64,000 bases of DNA from an uncultured Nitrososphaerota archaeon (GTDB lineage Archaea > Thermoproteota > Nitrososphaeria > Nitrososphaerales > Nitrosopumilaceae), in assembly GCA_963701075.1 (NCBI GenBank), contig OY969559.1, positions 480,001 through 544,000 on the forward strand, given 5' to 3'. A program made the translations under genes and the position numbers. Below the pieces are notes generated by a model that saw only the letters and a program-made list of their open reading frames with translations, ran no database searches and was not told the DNA's origin. Shown here piece after piece: positions 42,983 to 52,740 of the stretch; the stretch's first letter is position 1; every line of letters starts with the position of its first letter.

Positions 42983-43237
42983 TTAGTGGCAAGAAATATT
43001 CCTTGCCTCAAATGCCTCATTCATTGTGAGGTATTCTTCTATCTTCATCTTGACATCTTCTGGAGTCGTATCGTCCATGCCAGAAAATCCGATCTTAAAT
43101 GCGATCTTATTTCCTGATACGTGAAGATCAGAGAGTTCGATATCTGCATACACGTTAGATAACTCTCTTGTCCACTCCTCTGGATTTGATACACCAAATC
43201 CGTTTGTCTCGATGTTTACAGAAACCATTTTTGTCAT
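42983..43237 (-). CDS. Small acidic conserved hypothetical protein
   Basis: 84-aa ORF with TTATATA about 25 bp upstream. Confidence 0.65.
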   Translation of the reverse strand: MTKMVSVNIETNGFGVSNPEEWTRELSNVYADIELSDLHVSGNKIAFKIGFSGMDDTTPEDVKMKIEEYLTMNEAFEARNISCH

Positions 43238-43355
43238 CTTGTTATTATTAACTAATTGCTTAATATATAACCCTTCTTAATATTAAGGAAAGTATACTAT
43301 AATTACTATTAATAATATGTAAAAAGTTAATATAGTAATTTATGATACACCTGAC

Positions 43356-43530
43356 ATGAAGGAATGGGAGGCATATGATGTGAAAGCACGAAAGAAGGTG
43401 AAGATACTGGATCCAAAAATAGTTCAGCTGAAAAAATAAGAGATGGGCAGTAGTTGGCAAGAGTCCTGTTACTGGGATCAAAGTTGTCAGGATTCTGGGT
43501 AAAGAAGATGCATTAAAAGCAAAAAAATGA
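43356..43530 (+). CDS. Small basic CC1/DUF5679-like chromatin protein, 57 aa (apparent frameshift at 43430; not in ORF track)
   Basis: Repaired: MKEWEAYDVKARKKVKILDPKIVQLKNKRWAVVGKSPVTGIKVVRILGKEDALKAKK. Confidence 0.72.
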
Positions 43531-43775
43531 ACAAAGAAAAATATTTGTTTTCATAACTAAAAATACCATATAACCAAAAGATACTTGCTACTCTGGCAGA
43601 TGTCAAAACTACATAATTTTATTTCCTACTGTAGGCAAACACCACTAGCTCTCTTCTACGAATATTGATTTCCTATGAAATATTACTTGCAATAAACTTT
43701 CAAAGTTGGGGGAACTAGCGCTTGTCAAAAAATCCAAATCATTACAACATTGAGAATTATATTTCTAAATAGAGC

Positions 43776-44159
43776 TCAGGCAGTTATCAATTTTACATGT
43801 TCCATTTCATCACTTGCTTGGAATTCTTGTGTCATTTCACGAACCTTTGATGCCTTACCATTGAGCACAAACAGCTCCAAACATTTGTTGTTTCTTACCT
43901 TGCAATGTAGATGTGTCTGTATTATATCTTCAAATCTATGTTTTATTTCGGTGACAGATGTCTCGCCGTCTTCTTCATGTGTAACCGTGAGCACACATCC
44001 TATGTCTCCTGTCTGCTTTTCCTTTTCCATCTTGTCTGTCAAAAGCATCCTTATTCCGGCCCTGATTAATTCAGATCTGCCCGTAAAACCAAATTCTTTT
44101 TGCAACTGATCCATTTCTTTTAAGATGTTGTCATTTAATGAGATGCTAACAATTCCCAT
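43776..44159 (-). CDS. nikR: NikR-family metal-responsive RHH regulator
   Basis: IVSISL...GRSELIRAGIR; H...HLH...C ligands (KHRF, THLHC, NKCLE). Confidence 0.88.
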   Translation of the reverse strand: MGIVSISLNDNILKEMDQLQKEFGFTGRSELIRAGIRMLLTDKMEKEKQTGDIGCVLTVTHEEDGETSVTEIKHRFEDIIQTHLHCKVRNNKCLELFVLNGKASKVREMTQEFQASDEMEHVKLITA

Positions 44160-44280
44160 GCCATTTTTCGGTTATTAACCGTATATAAAGTTAATATGAG
44201 TAAATTATTAATTTTCAATATTTCATAGTAGTAATTTTAATAACAAAAGTATATATTATTATTAATTTAATCTGCATGAA

Positions 44281-45255
44281 GTGGCTAAGAAAAACCAAAT
44301 TATTATTGCGGTTATAATTGCAATAGCAATAGGCGCAGTTTCAGTAGGTCTAATTTACAATAATTCTGAAAAGAATCAAAACAGCAGTACCCCTGTCAGC
44401 TCTAGTTCAGTTTCCAGTCCGAGTTCAACATCAACAATACAAATAGTAGCAGCTGAAAACTTTTGGGGTAGTTTAGTATCTCAGCTTGGCGGAACGCACG
44501 TACAAGTGTTGAGCATTGTTTCAGATCCTAATGCAGATCCACATGAATACGAAAGCAATACTGCAGATGCCCAAGCAATCACTAATGCTAATTATGTAAT
44601 TGTCAATGGAGCCGGATATGACGATTGGGCACTAAAAATTATTGCAGCAAGCAATAATCCAAATCAAAAAGTTTTGAACGTGGCAGATCTTATCGGAAAA
44701 AAAGAGGGTGACAATCCCCATTTTTGGTATAGTCCTTATTATGTGAATGATACTGTGAACAAGATGTATCATGATCTTATTTCTATCGATCCATCTAATA
44801 CCGCATATTATACACAGCAATACGCTAGCTTGAATGCATCACTTGGCATATACAACACTCGAATCGACGAGATCAAGCAGCAATACCATGGCACACGCGT
44901 GGCAGCTACTGAGAGCATCTTTGTATATCTGGCAAACGCTACAGGTCTTGACCTTGTCTCTCCACCTGAATTTATGGAAGCTGTTGCAGAAGGAAACGAC
45001 CCGCCGGCACCGAGCGTCGTGCAATTTCAGCAGCAGCTTCAGGGTCAGGGAGGGAATGTGACCATGTTGGTCTATAATGAACAAACGGTAACGCCGCTCA
45101 CACAAAGTATCAAGGCATTGGCCGCTGCACAAGGCATTCCAATTGTTGGTGTAACAGAAACCATACAACCACCAGATGTCTCCTTCCAGGATTGGATGAA
45201 TGGAGAATTGCTTGCTCTTCAAAACGGTCTTAACTCCCAAGCTCTGGGACAATAA
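44281..45255 (+). CDS. Metal ABC transporter substrate-binding protein (ZnuA/MntA cluster)
   Basis: DPHEYE, VNGAGYD, NPHFWY. Confidence 0.92.
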   Translation: MAKKNQIIIAVIIAIAIGAVSVGLIYNNSEKNQNSSTPVSSSSVSSPSSTSTIQIVAAENFWGSLVSQLGGTHVQVLSIVSDPNADPHEYESNTADAQAITNANYVIVNGAGYDDWALKIIAASNNPNQKVLNVADLIGKKEGDNPHFWYSPYYVNDTVNKMYHDLISIDPSNTAYYTQQYASLNASLGIYNTRIDEIKQQYHGTRVAATESIFVYLANATGLDLVSPPEFMEAVAEGNDPPAPSVVQFQQQLQGQGGNVTMLVYNEQTVTPLTQSIKALAAAQGIPIVGVTETIQPPDVSFQDWMNGELLALQNGLNSQALGQ

Positions 45256-45258
45256 TGA

Positions 45259-46077
45259 ATGAGCACGGCAGATTCTAGGACTACGGATTCAACGCAGGAG
45301 GAGATTGTTACTGCTGAAAATCTAGCAGCTGGTTATCCAGGTAAAACCGTTTGGCAAGGTGCAAATTTTAGTTTTGCCCGCGGTGAGTTTGTGGCAATTA
45401 TAGGCCCTAACGGTGCAGGTAAGACAACTTTATTTCGTTTGCTCCTTGGATTGCAGCAACCTATTCGCGGTACAATCAAAATGTTCAATACTCCGCCAAA
45501 GCGTGGCAATTCACGGATTGGCTATGTACCACAACGCCATCTAATTGATAGCGATACCAATATCGAATGTCTCCAACTGGTGAAGTTGGCGCTTTCAGGC
45601 AACAGGTGGGGATTGAGTTTGTCTTCCCAGAATGAACAAAGATCTGCTTTTGATGCACTTGAAGCTGTTGGGGCAGCAGAGTTTGCGCATAATACACTCA
45701 ATAGTTTGTCAGGTGGAGAGTTGCAGCGCATATTTTTAGCAGAGGCATTGGTAAGTAACCCTGAAATGTTATTACTCGATGAACCATTGTCAAATCTTGA
45801 CATTAGACGCGCAAAAGAATTGGTTCAGCTCATCAACAAAGTGGTTCGCTCACGTAACGTGACAGCATTGCTTGTGGCTCATGACATCAATCCTCTTTTA
45901 CCCTTTCTTGACAAGGTAGTTTATGTCGCCAATGGCAAGGTAGCAACAGGAAAACCAGAAGAGGTCCTGACATCAGAGTCGCTTACTGCATTGTATGGTG
46001 TTCACATAGAAGTTATTCATGATTCTAGGGGCAACATAGCCATTATAGGAATCGAGGATCATCATGGTCACGAATAG
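45259..46077 (+). CDS. Metal ABC transporter ATP-binding protein
   Basis: GPNGAGKTT, GYVPQ, LSGGELQR, His-rich tail EDHHGHE. Confidence 0.93.
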   Translation: MSTADSRTTDSTQEEIVTAENLAAGYPGKTVWQGANFSFARGEFVAIIGPNGAGKTTLFRLLLGLQQPIRGTIKMFNTPPKRGNSRIGYVPQRHLIDSDTNIECLQLVKLALSGNRWGLSLSSQNEQRSAFDALEAVGAAEFAHNTLNSLSGGELQRIFLAEALVSNPEMLLLDEPLSNLDIRRAKELVQLINKVVRSRNVTALLVAHDINPLLPFLDKVVYVANGKVATGKPEEVLTSESLTALYGVHIEVIHDSRGNIAIIGIEDHHGHE

Positions 46078-47002
46078 TAATATCTTTAGTATCAATTTGT
46101 TGGCCGACTTGCAACAGATGTTCCAGTTCCAGTTTATGCAACATGCTTTCGAAGCAGGTACAGTAGTTGCAATCATCGCAGGAATTGTCGGCTATTTCGT
46201 GGTCTTGCGTCGCTCTTCCTTTGCAGCTCATGCACTTTCTCACATTGGCTTTGCTGGAGCGGCAGGAGCCGTATTGATTGGGGTCAATCCTGTTTTTGGC
46301 CTTCTTGCATTTACAAGCGGAGGCGGTGTTGGCATGGCCATGCTTGGACCACGTGCCGTTAATCGAGATGTGCAGATAGGTACAGTTCTTGCATTTTTGC
46401 TTGGCCTAGGAGTGTTATTCATTAGTCTCTATACAGGTTATGCGACCGAGGCATATTCTATCTTGTTTGGAGAGATACTTGGCATAAGCAGTAATGACGT
46501 TCTTGTAACAGTTGTTGCTTGTTTGATAATCTTGACTGCAGTAGGCATTGTGTATAGGCCACTTTTGTTTGCATCGCTTGATGAAGATGTGGCAGAAGCA
46601 AAAGGATTGTCCATGCCTTTGCTTGGTATAATCTTCATGCTCCTAGTCGCGGTTGCCACATCGATGGCCGTCCAAGTTGTTGGGGTACTTCTAATATTTT
46701 CATTGATGGTCACACCAGCTGCAATTGCGCAACGATTGGTAAAACGAACTAGGAGCGCCATGATAGTCTCTGTACTTGTTGCCCTAATAGCAACATGGTC
46801 AAGTCTCTTTATTGCTTTTTACGAACCATATCCTGTAAGCTTTTTCATAACAAGTATAGTGTTTGTTTCTTACTTGTTTGTCAGGTTTGTCTATCCAAGC
46901 AGAATATGCTTGGTGTGCCGTGAAAAGTTTAGCAGTCTGTCTCTCCCAAAACACCTGGAGAAAAAACATCCCAGTACCTTCATGTCAGAAGACAAATCAT
47001 AA
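46064..47002 (+). CDS. Metal ABC transporter permease with C-terminal C2H2 zinc finger
   Basis: HALSHIGFAG, LFGEILGI, DEDVAEAKG, VGVLLIFSL; tail CLVC-x11-H-x4-H. Confidence 0.92.
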   Translation: MVTNSNIFSINLLADLQQMFQFQFMQHAFEAGTVVAIIAGIVGYFVVLRRSSFAAHALSHIGFAGAAGAVLIGVNPVFGLLAFTSGGGVGMAMLGPRAVNRDVQIGTVLAFLLGLGVLFISLYTGYATEAYSILFGEILGISSNDVLVTVVACLIILTAVGIVYRPLLFASLDEDVAEAKGLSMPLLGIIFMLLVAVATSMAVQVVGVLLIFSLMVTPAAIAQRLVKRTRSAMIVSVLVALIATWSSLFIAFYEPYPVSFFITSIVFVSYLFVRFVYPSRICLVCREKFSSLSLPKHLEKKHPSTFMSEDKS

Positions 47003-47033
47003 ATTCAAAATTATTGATGACCACACTCGGTCT

Positions 47034-47187
47034 CATCTCTTTTAGAATATTGTTGTTCAATGAAATGCTGACAATTCCTATGCAACTTTGTGATTATTAA
47101 TCATATATAACGTCAATATGGGAAAATTATTAATTTTAAATAAATCGTAATATGGAAATTAATAAGAAAAGTATATATTGTTAATAA
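47034..47187. repeat. Diverged copy of 44112-44265 (nikR 5' end plus divergent promoter)
   Basis: Gapless hand alignment 120/154 identical; relic reads IGIVSISLNNNILKEM. Confidence 0.9.
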
Positions 47188-47201
47188 CCAATGTACTGGT
47201 G

Positions 47202-48083
47202 ATGAAGTACGAGACGCAAAGTATAATCGGAATTATAGTTTTAGGTATAATTTCAGCAGGTCATTATGCTAGTGCTGACACAAATCAGCAGCTGCCAGAG
47301 TGGTTCCATGACAAGGCAATACTTTATGCTAATGGACAAATCAGTGATCAGGAATTCATTCAAGCAATGAATGATCTTAATATGACAAACTCTACCATGT
47401 CCTCTTCAAACACAAATAGCACGAGTGGCATGTCAGGGATGTTTTCATCTGACAACAGTACGAATGCAACCGGTTTGAACATGAATGTCTCTATGTCATC
47501 TAATGTTATTCCTCACTCGAAAAATTGCAATGACCAAAACTTTCCACTAGTAGACTGGCATGGGTGTAATCACTCAAACGAATATCTTAGCCATGCCGAC
47601 CTCAACAATGCAAATCTTCGAGGCGCAAACCTTTCACATGCAAATCTTTTGAAGGCCTATCTGGTAGAGACGCATCTTAATAATGCCAACCTCAATTACG
47701 CTGAAATGACAAACGTTGACCTGCCAGAGTCAGATCTTTATGGTGCAAGCTTGATAGGTGTAGACGCCCCATTTGCTGATTTTCGCTATGCAAACATGAG
47801 TAACGCAAATTTCACAGACGGAAATTTCCATGATAGTACTTTTTGCTGGGCGCACCTTAGAGACGCAATCTTCCGAAATGCTAATCTTGTTAATGCCCAG
47901 CTGTACCAACTTGACCTTTCTGGTGCAGACTTGAGCAATGCCAACATTTCCGATGCACGATTTGACGGTTCAAACCTGACAAATGCCAATCTGGATGGTG
48001 CAAACCTGCACAGTGCAGATCTTTCAGGTGCAATTCTTACCGGTGCTCATCTTCATTGTCTGAATAATCCAGTTTGTAATTAG
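47202..48083 (+). CDS. Secreted pentapeptide-repeat protein with Met/Ser-rich linker
   Basis: Signal peptide, LPEWF domain, A(D/N)Lxx repeats flanked by Cys caps. Confidence 0.88.
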   Translation: MKYETQSIIGIIVLGIISAGHYASADTNQQLPEWFHDKAILYANGQISDQEFIQAMNDLNMTNSTMSSSNTNSTSGMSGMFSSDNSTNATGLNMNVSMSSNVIPHSKNCNDQNFPLVDWHGCNHSNEYLSHADLNNANLRGANLSHANLLKAYLVETHLNNANLNYAEMTNVDLPESDLYGASLIGVDAPFADFRYANMSNANFTDGNFHDSTFCWAHLRDAIFRNANLVNAQLYQLDLSGADLSNANISDARFDGSNLTNANLDGANLHSADLSGAILTGAHLHCLNNPVCN

Positions 48084-48316
48084 AATTGGAAGTAAAAACA
48101 TTTGATAAATAAAAGTCACAACCTAGGTCACATCAAAATACGAACAATATCTGGCATTATTCTATCCACCTACCTGGCATCTCATGATACATAGATATGA
48201 TTTGGTGTCAATGTATGTTGAAGCCTTGATGATAAGGCGTTCAGGTCTATTTTCAAAGAAAACAATATGGCAAGAAATTCCACGACTCTAAAAAATCTAT
48301 TTTGTTATTTCTTCAA

Positions 48317-49225
48317 TCAGGGGGCAAATTCTGGTCTTACTGTACTGAGCGATATTGCATGATCATCAATTAATACGCCTACGCCAACATTGACACTTGC
48401 TATTCTTACCACAACCTTTGGCAGATCATCACTGGTAAGATTGTATTGTTTGGCAAGAATTTCCTTCACCCTATCTTCCGTATTGGATAGTTGGTTGAGG
48501 GTTGAGGGAACAGAAATGTCAAGTGTCTGTCTCATCATATTTGTTGGAATTTTGCCTGTCCCATCTTGTATTATGTAAAACACGATCTTGTCTACAACTA
48601 CCTCGTGAGGTAGTGTGTCTAGATCATTTGCAGTATAGAAAACCTGTACCTCTAAAGGATCAGTGTTATAGTTTTCATTCGATATTACGGCACCTTTTGA
48701 AGGCTGTAAGACTGAATCAAATGGTACATTAATTATAATGAATCCTTCTAGAAAATTGTCATTATAGTTATCAAGAACTCTTCTTACGTCTTGGCATGTG
48801 ATGCCAGTAGCATTTTCTGAACCCAAATTTACTAGTACCGCATTAGAACTAGGCCCATCATTTACTACAACATTCCAAAACATGGTTGATTCAGATCCAC
48901 CTTTATTGAAAATGCTTACATCTGTATCATAATGGCCTGGTCTGAGAGGTCCCTCGCCAGCAAAGATGGAACCACACTCAAATTTTGCAGTATACATTAT
49001 TCCAGTTGGGTTTTCAGTTGAATTGGTTTCTCCAGCAACTGATGGAGACATGGATAAAGTAGAATTGGTTGTTGGAATAGTTCCTAATAATTTGTTTGTA
49101 TTTGATCCGGCAGGTTGACCCTGAGCCAAGACAGGATTGTGCTCTTGGGCTAGAAAACTAATGGCAATAACAGAAATGATTGCTGCAGCAACCAGAACTA
49201 TGGAAGATCTTTGCCACCTTTTCAC
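48317..49225 (-). CDS. Secreted hypothetical protein
   Basis: Signal peptide; YTAKFECG...LRPGHYDTDVSIFN. Confidence 0.7.
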   Translation of the reverse strand: MKRWQRSSIVLVAAAIISVIAISFLAQEHNPVLAQGQPAGSNTNKLLGTIPTTNSTLSMSPSVAGETNSTENPTGIMYTAKFECGSIFAGEGPLRPGHYDTDVSIFNKGGSESTMFWNVVVNDGPSSNAVLVNLGSENATGITCQDVRRVLDNYNDNFLEGFIIINVPFDSVLQPSKGAVISNENYNTDPLEVQVFYTANDLDTLPHEVVVDKIVFYIIQDGTGKIPTNMMRQTLDISVPSTLNQLSNTEDRVKEILAKQYNLTSDDLPKVVVRIASVNVGVGVLIDDHAISLSTVRPEFAP

Positions 49226-49319
49226 AAACTCAATTAAATTCTTCTAATAATATATGTTAGTGAGAATAGAGCTAACATTAAATATGAAGCTGGTCACATC
49301 GTCAATCGGGTACTGTTAA

Positions 49320-51095
49320 TTGCAAAAAACTTTCAAGTTTTTACTGTTTGCATTTTTGCTCGTCTCTGTGGTATTTTCCTCATTGCCACGTAACGCTTTT
49401 GGTGACGGCTTTGCCATGGAAAATCTCCCGCCTGCATCAGTTGGAAACAGGGAAGTACAGCTCTTCATCAAACTTAATCCTACAATACTCTATTCAGGAT
49501 CTGGCGTACAGCCAACGATATTTTTCAGGTGGTTTGACGCAAACACTAACGAGACACTGCAACACATATCATTTTTCCTCACCATTACAAAACATAATCA
49601 GCTTTTGTTTAGGGAACTTCTCCACACCCATACTGGAATACTCAACATGGATATCACTCCAACTAACGAAACTAATTGGACAGTTTATGCAGACAAGGAA
49701 CCGATTTTGGGTGGATGGGTGCCTGATAATGATGATGATCCAATTGATGTGATAGGTCCAATTTTTAATGAAGGTGGATTGTATCACTTTAACATGCAAA
49801 TGTTTTCAATAGATTACGACAATAACATATTTGATACAACCGACAACCCTGCAAGTGTACCAAACTTTGATGCTTATCTTAGTGTTGGAGATGTTTCCGG
49901 CCATGATATGGTATACAATGGAAACACCTACAATTCTACCGTAATTTCTTATTATGATAAAATCAATGACGACTTTAACTTTGACCCATCAAAATTACAG
50001 ATTTCATATTCTATGCCCTTTGACTGGAACATGACAAGAATAGCTAGCCAGCCAATCTTTGTGCACGAAGAAATCCATATTCCAAAAGCTTTCAAGGAAT
50101 TTACAAATACGCCAACATACTCTGCAACCATGAACGGCTATCAAATCACAGGCCGTAGACTTATTGTGGACCCGTATACATCAGGAAGCAGCGTTATTGC
50201 TCACATATTGCTAAACAAGATAGACATACAGGACATGTCAAAACAAATGCCACCTGGAACTGATACCATGAACTTTACTCTTGCGCCGGCCGCGCCCAAT
50301 GTACAAACATCAAACAGTGCCCTTACTGACTTTGGTGGTTGGGGAGTCAAGTTGGGATGGAATCCAACTCAGATCACACCAAACTCAGTAAATAATTTGC
50401 AACTTTCCTTCTTTGACGCATTTACTGAACAACCAGTTAATGGGGACGTAAATTACGATCTAAAACTATTGGACAGTGCTGGTGACACTATTCTTTCCAA
50501 GGTAGGTTTGACTGCAAAAAATTCCATAGATACACAATCTCTGAACCTACCAGGTAATGGAATATACCATCTCTTATTGAACATCACGTCTATAGTAGGT
50601 CCAACAGGACTGCCTGACACATCCAGACTTGGTGTGGCAAGAGCTGACTTGGTTATTCCATCAACAGTGGGTACGGATCAAGGGGTTGTAGCCATACAAG
50701 GAAACCAATCTGGAATTATGGGCGTACAATCAACTAGCAACCAACCCACTACAACTGGCAACCAAATCACTACAACTAGCAATCAAACAACTACAACTGG
50801 AAATCAAACAACTACGACTAGCCAAATTTCAATTCCAGCCTGGGTAAAGAACAATGCCAAGTGGTGGTCAGAAAACTCTATAGATGATTCCACTTTTGCT
50901 TCCGGAATTCAATATTTGATAAAACAAGGAATAATTCAGATACCTGCAACAACTCAGGGTCAAGCTTCTCCCGGTGTCCAGATACCTCAATGGGTAAAAA
51001 CAAATGCTGGTTGGTGGTCTAGTGGACAGATAGATGACCAAACATTTGTGGCTGGAATTCAGTATCTTATCAAAATTGGAATAATTACAGTCTAG
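49320..51095 (+). CDS. Secreted thaumarchaeal surface protein with Thr-rich linker and two IPxW-WW domains
   Basis: Signal peptide; IPAWVKNNAKWW and IPQWVKTNAGWW. Confidence 0.8.
   Translation: MQKTFKFLLFAFLLVSVVFSSLPRNAFGDGFAMENLPPASVGNREVQLFIKLNPTILYSGSGVQPTIFFRWFDANTNETLQHISFFLTITKHNQLLFRELLHTHTGILNMDITPTNETNWTVYADKEPILGGWVPDNDDDPIDVIGPIFNEGGLYHFNMQMFSIDYDNNIFDTTDNPASVPNFDAYLSVGDVSGHDMVYNGNTYNSTVISYYDKINDDFNFDPSKLQISYSMPFDWNMTRIASQPIFVHEEIHIPKAFKEFTNTPTYSATMNGYQITGRRLIVDPYTSGSSVIAHILLNKIDIQDMSKQMPPGTDTMNFTLAPAAPNVQTSNSALTDFGGWGVKLGWNPTQITPNSVNNLQLSFFDAFTEQPVNGDVNYDLKLLDSAGDTILSKVGLTAKNSIDTQSLNLPGNGIYHLLLNITSIVGPTGLPDTSRLGVARADLVIPSTVGTDQGVVAIQGNQSGIMGVQSTSNQPTTTGNQITTTSNQTTTTGNQTTTTSQISIPAWVKNNAKWWSENSIDDSTFASGIQYLIKQGIIQIPATTQGQASPGVQIPQWVKTNAGWWSSGQIDDQTFVAGIQYLIKIGIITV
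50733..50825 (+). repeat. In-frame 21-bp tandem repeat (T[SG]NQxTT, about 4.5 copies)
   Basis: TSNQPTT TGNQITT TSNQTTT TGNQTTT TSQ. Confidence 0.8.
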
Positions 51096-51198
51096 TCAGC
51101 AAATGCTCTAAAGGGAAAAAAGATACCTAGAGCTTCAAGTCTAAAACGGTACCTAACAATTCCCAAGAAATAAATCTCATAAATTTAACAAAAACAAC

Positions 51199-51375
51199 AT
51201 GCCACTGATAACCATCTCTATGTATCCTGGCAGAACTGAAAAACAAAAAGAGGAATTTGCAAAAGCAGTCACAAAATCTGCAGTAGAAATTCTCAAAACC
51301 AAGGAGAATCATGTAATTGTAGTTTTCGAAGAGAATCCAAAAGAAAACTGGTACATGGCTGGAAATCCTCTTTAA
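51199..51375 (+). CDS. 4-oxalocrotonate tautomerase family protein, 58 aa (not in ORF track)
   Basis: MPLITISMYPGRTEKQKEEFAKAVT...ENWYMAG; catalytic Pro1. Confidence 0.9.
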   Translation: MPLITISMYPGRTEKQKEEFAKAVTKSAVEILKTKENHVIVVFEENPKENWYMAGNPL

Positions 51376-51409
51376 ACACATTTTTATTTTATACAAAATT
51401 ACAAAGTCT

Positions 51410-52219
51410 GTGACAAAAATTGCGATAGTACAGATGAAGGCTGATACCGAGAAGGAAAAAAACCTTAAAAAAATTCTTGGCTACATTGCACAGGCAGCAA
51501 AAAGAAATTCAGCACTGTGTGCATTTCCGGAATTTATGATGTTTTACACTCCATCTCACCAATCTGCGTCCGAACTTGCAAGCTTGGCAGAAAAAATAAC
51601 TGGAGAGTTTGTCACTTCGATATCAGAAGTGGCAAGAAAACATTCAGTCCAAGTTGTAGGAACATTTTACGAAAAAAGCCCAAAGGCAAACAGAGTTTAT
51701 GACACTTCATTTCTAACTGACCAAAATGGAAGAATAGTATCAAAATATAGGAAAATTCATCTCTATGATGCACTTGGTTTCAAGGAATCTGCAAAACTTT
51801 ACCCAGGTTCTTCAGTTGCAAGGCCCATTAAAACAAGTGTTGGCAAGATTGGCATGATGATTTGTTATGATTTGAGATTTCCTGAGATGTCACGCATGCT
51901 TGCATCTTCTGGTTCTGAGATTCTCATTGCTCCTTCTGCATGGGTGCAAGGAAAAATGAAGGAGGAGCACTGGATAACCATTAACAAGACAAGAGCAATA
52001 GAGAACGGATGTTATGTTGTTGCACCAGACCAGGTGGGAAACATTTACTGTGGAAGAAGCTTGATAGTGGATCCGTTTGGGAAAGTTCTTCTAGACATGA
52101 AAAAAAGGGAGGGTATTGGCATAGCTGATATCTCGCTAGATCAAGTAAAACAAGTACGCAAAAAATTGCCCCTTTTGAAAAACCGACGAACTGACATATA
52201 CACTGACTTTAAGATTTGA
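51410..52219 (+). CDS. Carbon-nitrogen hydrolase (Nit1-like amidase)
   Basis: FPE, YRKIHLYD, ICYDLRFPE triad. Confidence 0.93.
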   Translation: MTKIAIVQMKADTEKEKNLKKILGYIAQAAKRNSALCAFPEFMMFYTPSHQSASELASLAEKITGEFVTSISEVARKHSVQVVGTFYEKSPKANRVYDTSFLTDQNGRIVSKYRKIHLYDALGFKESAKLYPGSSVARPIKTSVGKIGMMICYDLRFPEMSRMLASSGSEILIAPSAWVQGKMKEEHWITINKTRAIENGCYVVAPDQVGNIYCGRSLIVDPFGKVLLDMKKREGIGIADISLDQVKQVRKKLPLLKNRRTDIYTDFKI

Positions 52220-52676
52220 TGGTTCTGCTTGAGCATCGTATGTTACAGCATTGCCTTATCCATTTCTGTTTCACTGAATATCTAAACACAATCATGGGCC
52301 AAAAGCAAATCTTACATGGAATCTTTGTCGCACATATCATTCCTTTCTGGATTAGCGGAGAAGAGGCTCTACATCCATTGTAATAGTTAGAGCATCCCAT
52401 GAAGCGTTTTCTTGTCTGCCTAGAACGTATGACCAAAAGCTTCCCAATCTTACATTCTGGGCACTCAACCAGCCCATTTGCAGGAGTATTTGTGCCTAGA
52501 ATGACATATTTTCCCTTCTTCTCTGACCATGAAAGATAGCCATTCTTGTCATAGTATTGGCGTATCTCTTCTCTTATTCTTACAACTTTTTTATCAGTAA
52601 TTCGAACAGAATTTCTTGCGCCTGATCTTTTTTTGAGCACAATTATCTGGGAAATATTTTCTTTCATTGATATCAT
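52209..52676 (-). CDS. Topoisomerase C4 zinc-finger domain protein
   Basis: CPECKIGKL...FMGCSNY...C; second CxxC. Confidence 0.85.
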   Translation of the reverse strand: MISMKENISQIIVLKKRSGARNSVRITDKKVVRIREEIRQYYDKNGYLSWSEKKGKYVILGTNTPANGLVECPECKIGKLLVIRSRQTRKRFMGCSNYYNGCRASSPLIQKGMICATKIPCKICFWPMIVFRYSVKQKWIRQCCNIRCSSRTIKS

Positions 52677-52740
52677 CTGATCTGACTGATTAAAGAATAG
52701 TAGTGAAGAATTTTTATATGGAATCTAGTCAGCAAGATTT

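Noticed and set aside
43240-43350. Third NikR operator upstream of the CC1-like gene
   Set aside because: TATTAA/TTAATA half-sites occur but spacing differs and the region is very AT-rich, so chance cannot be excluded
50733-50825. Tandem repeat as a CRISPR array
   Set aside because: In-frame Thr-rich linker with no spacers; no cas genes in the window
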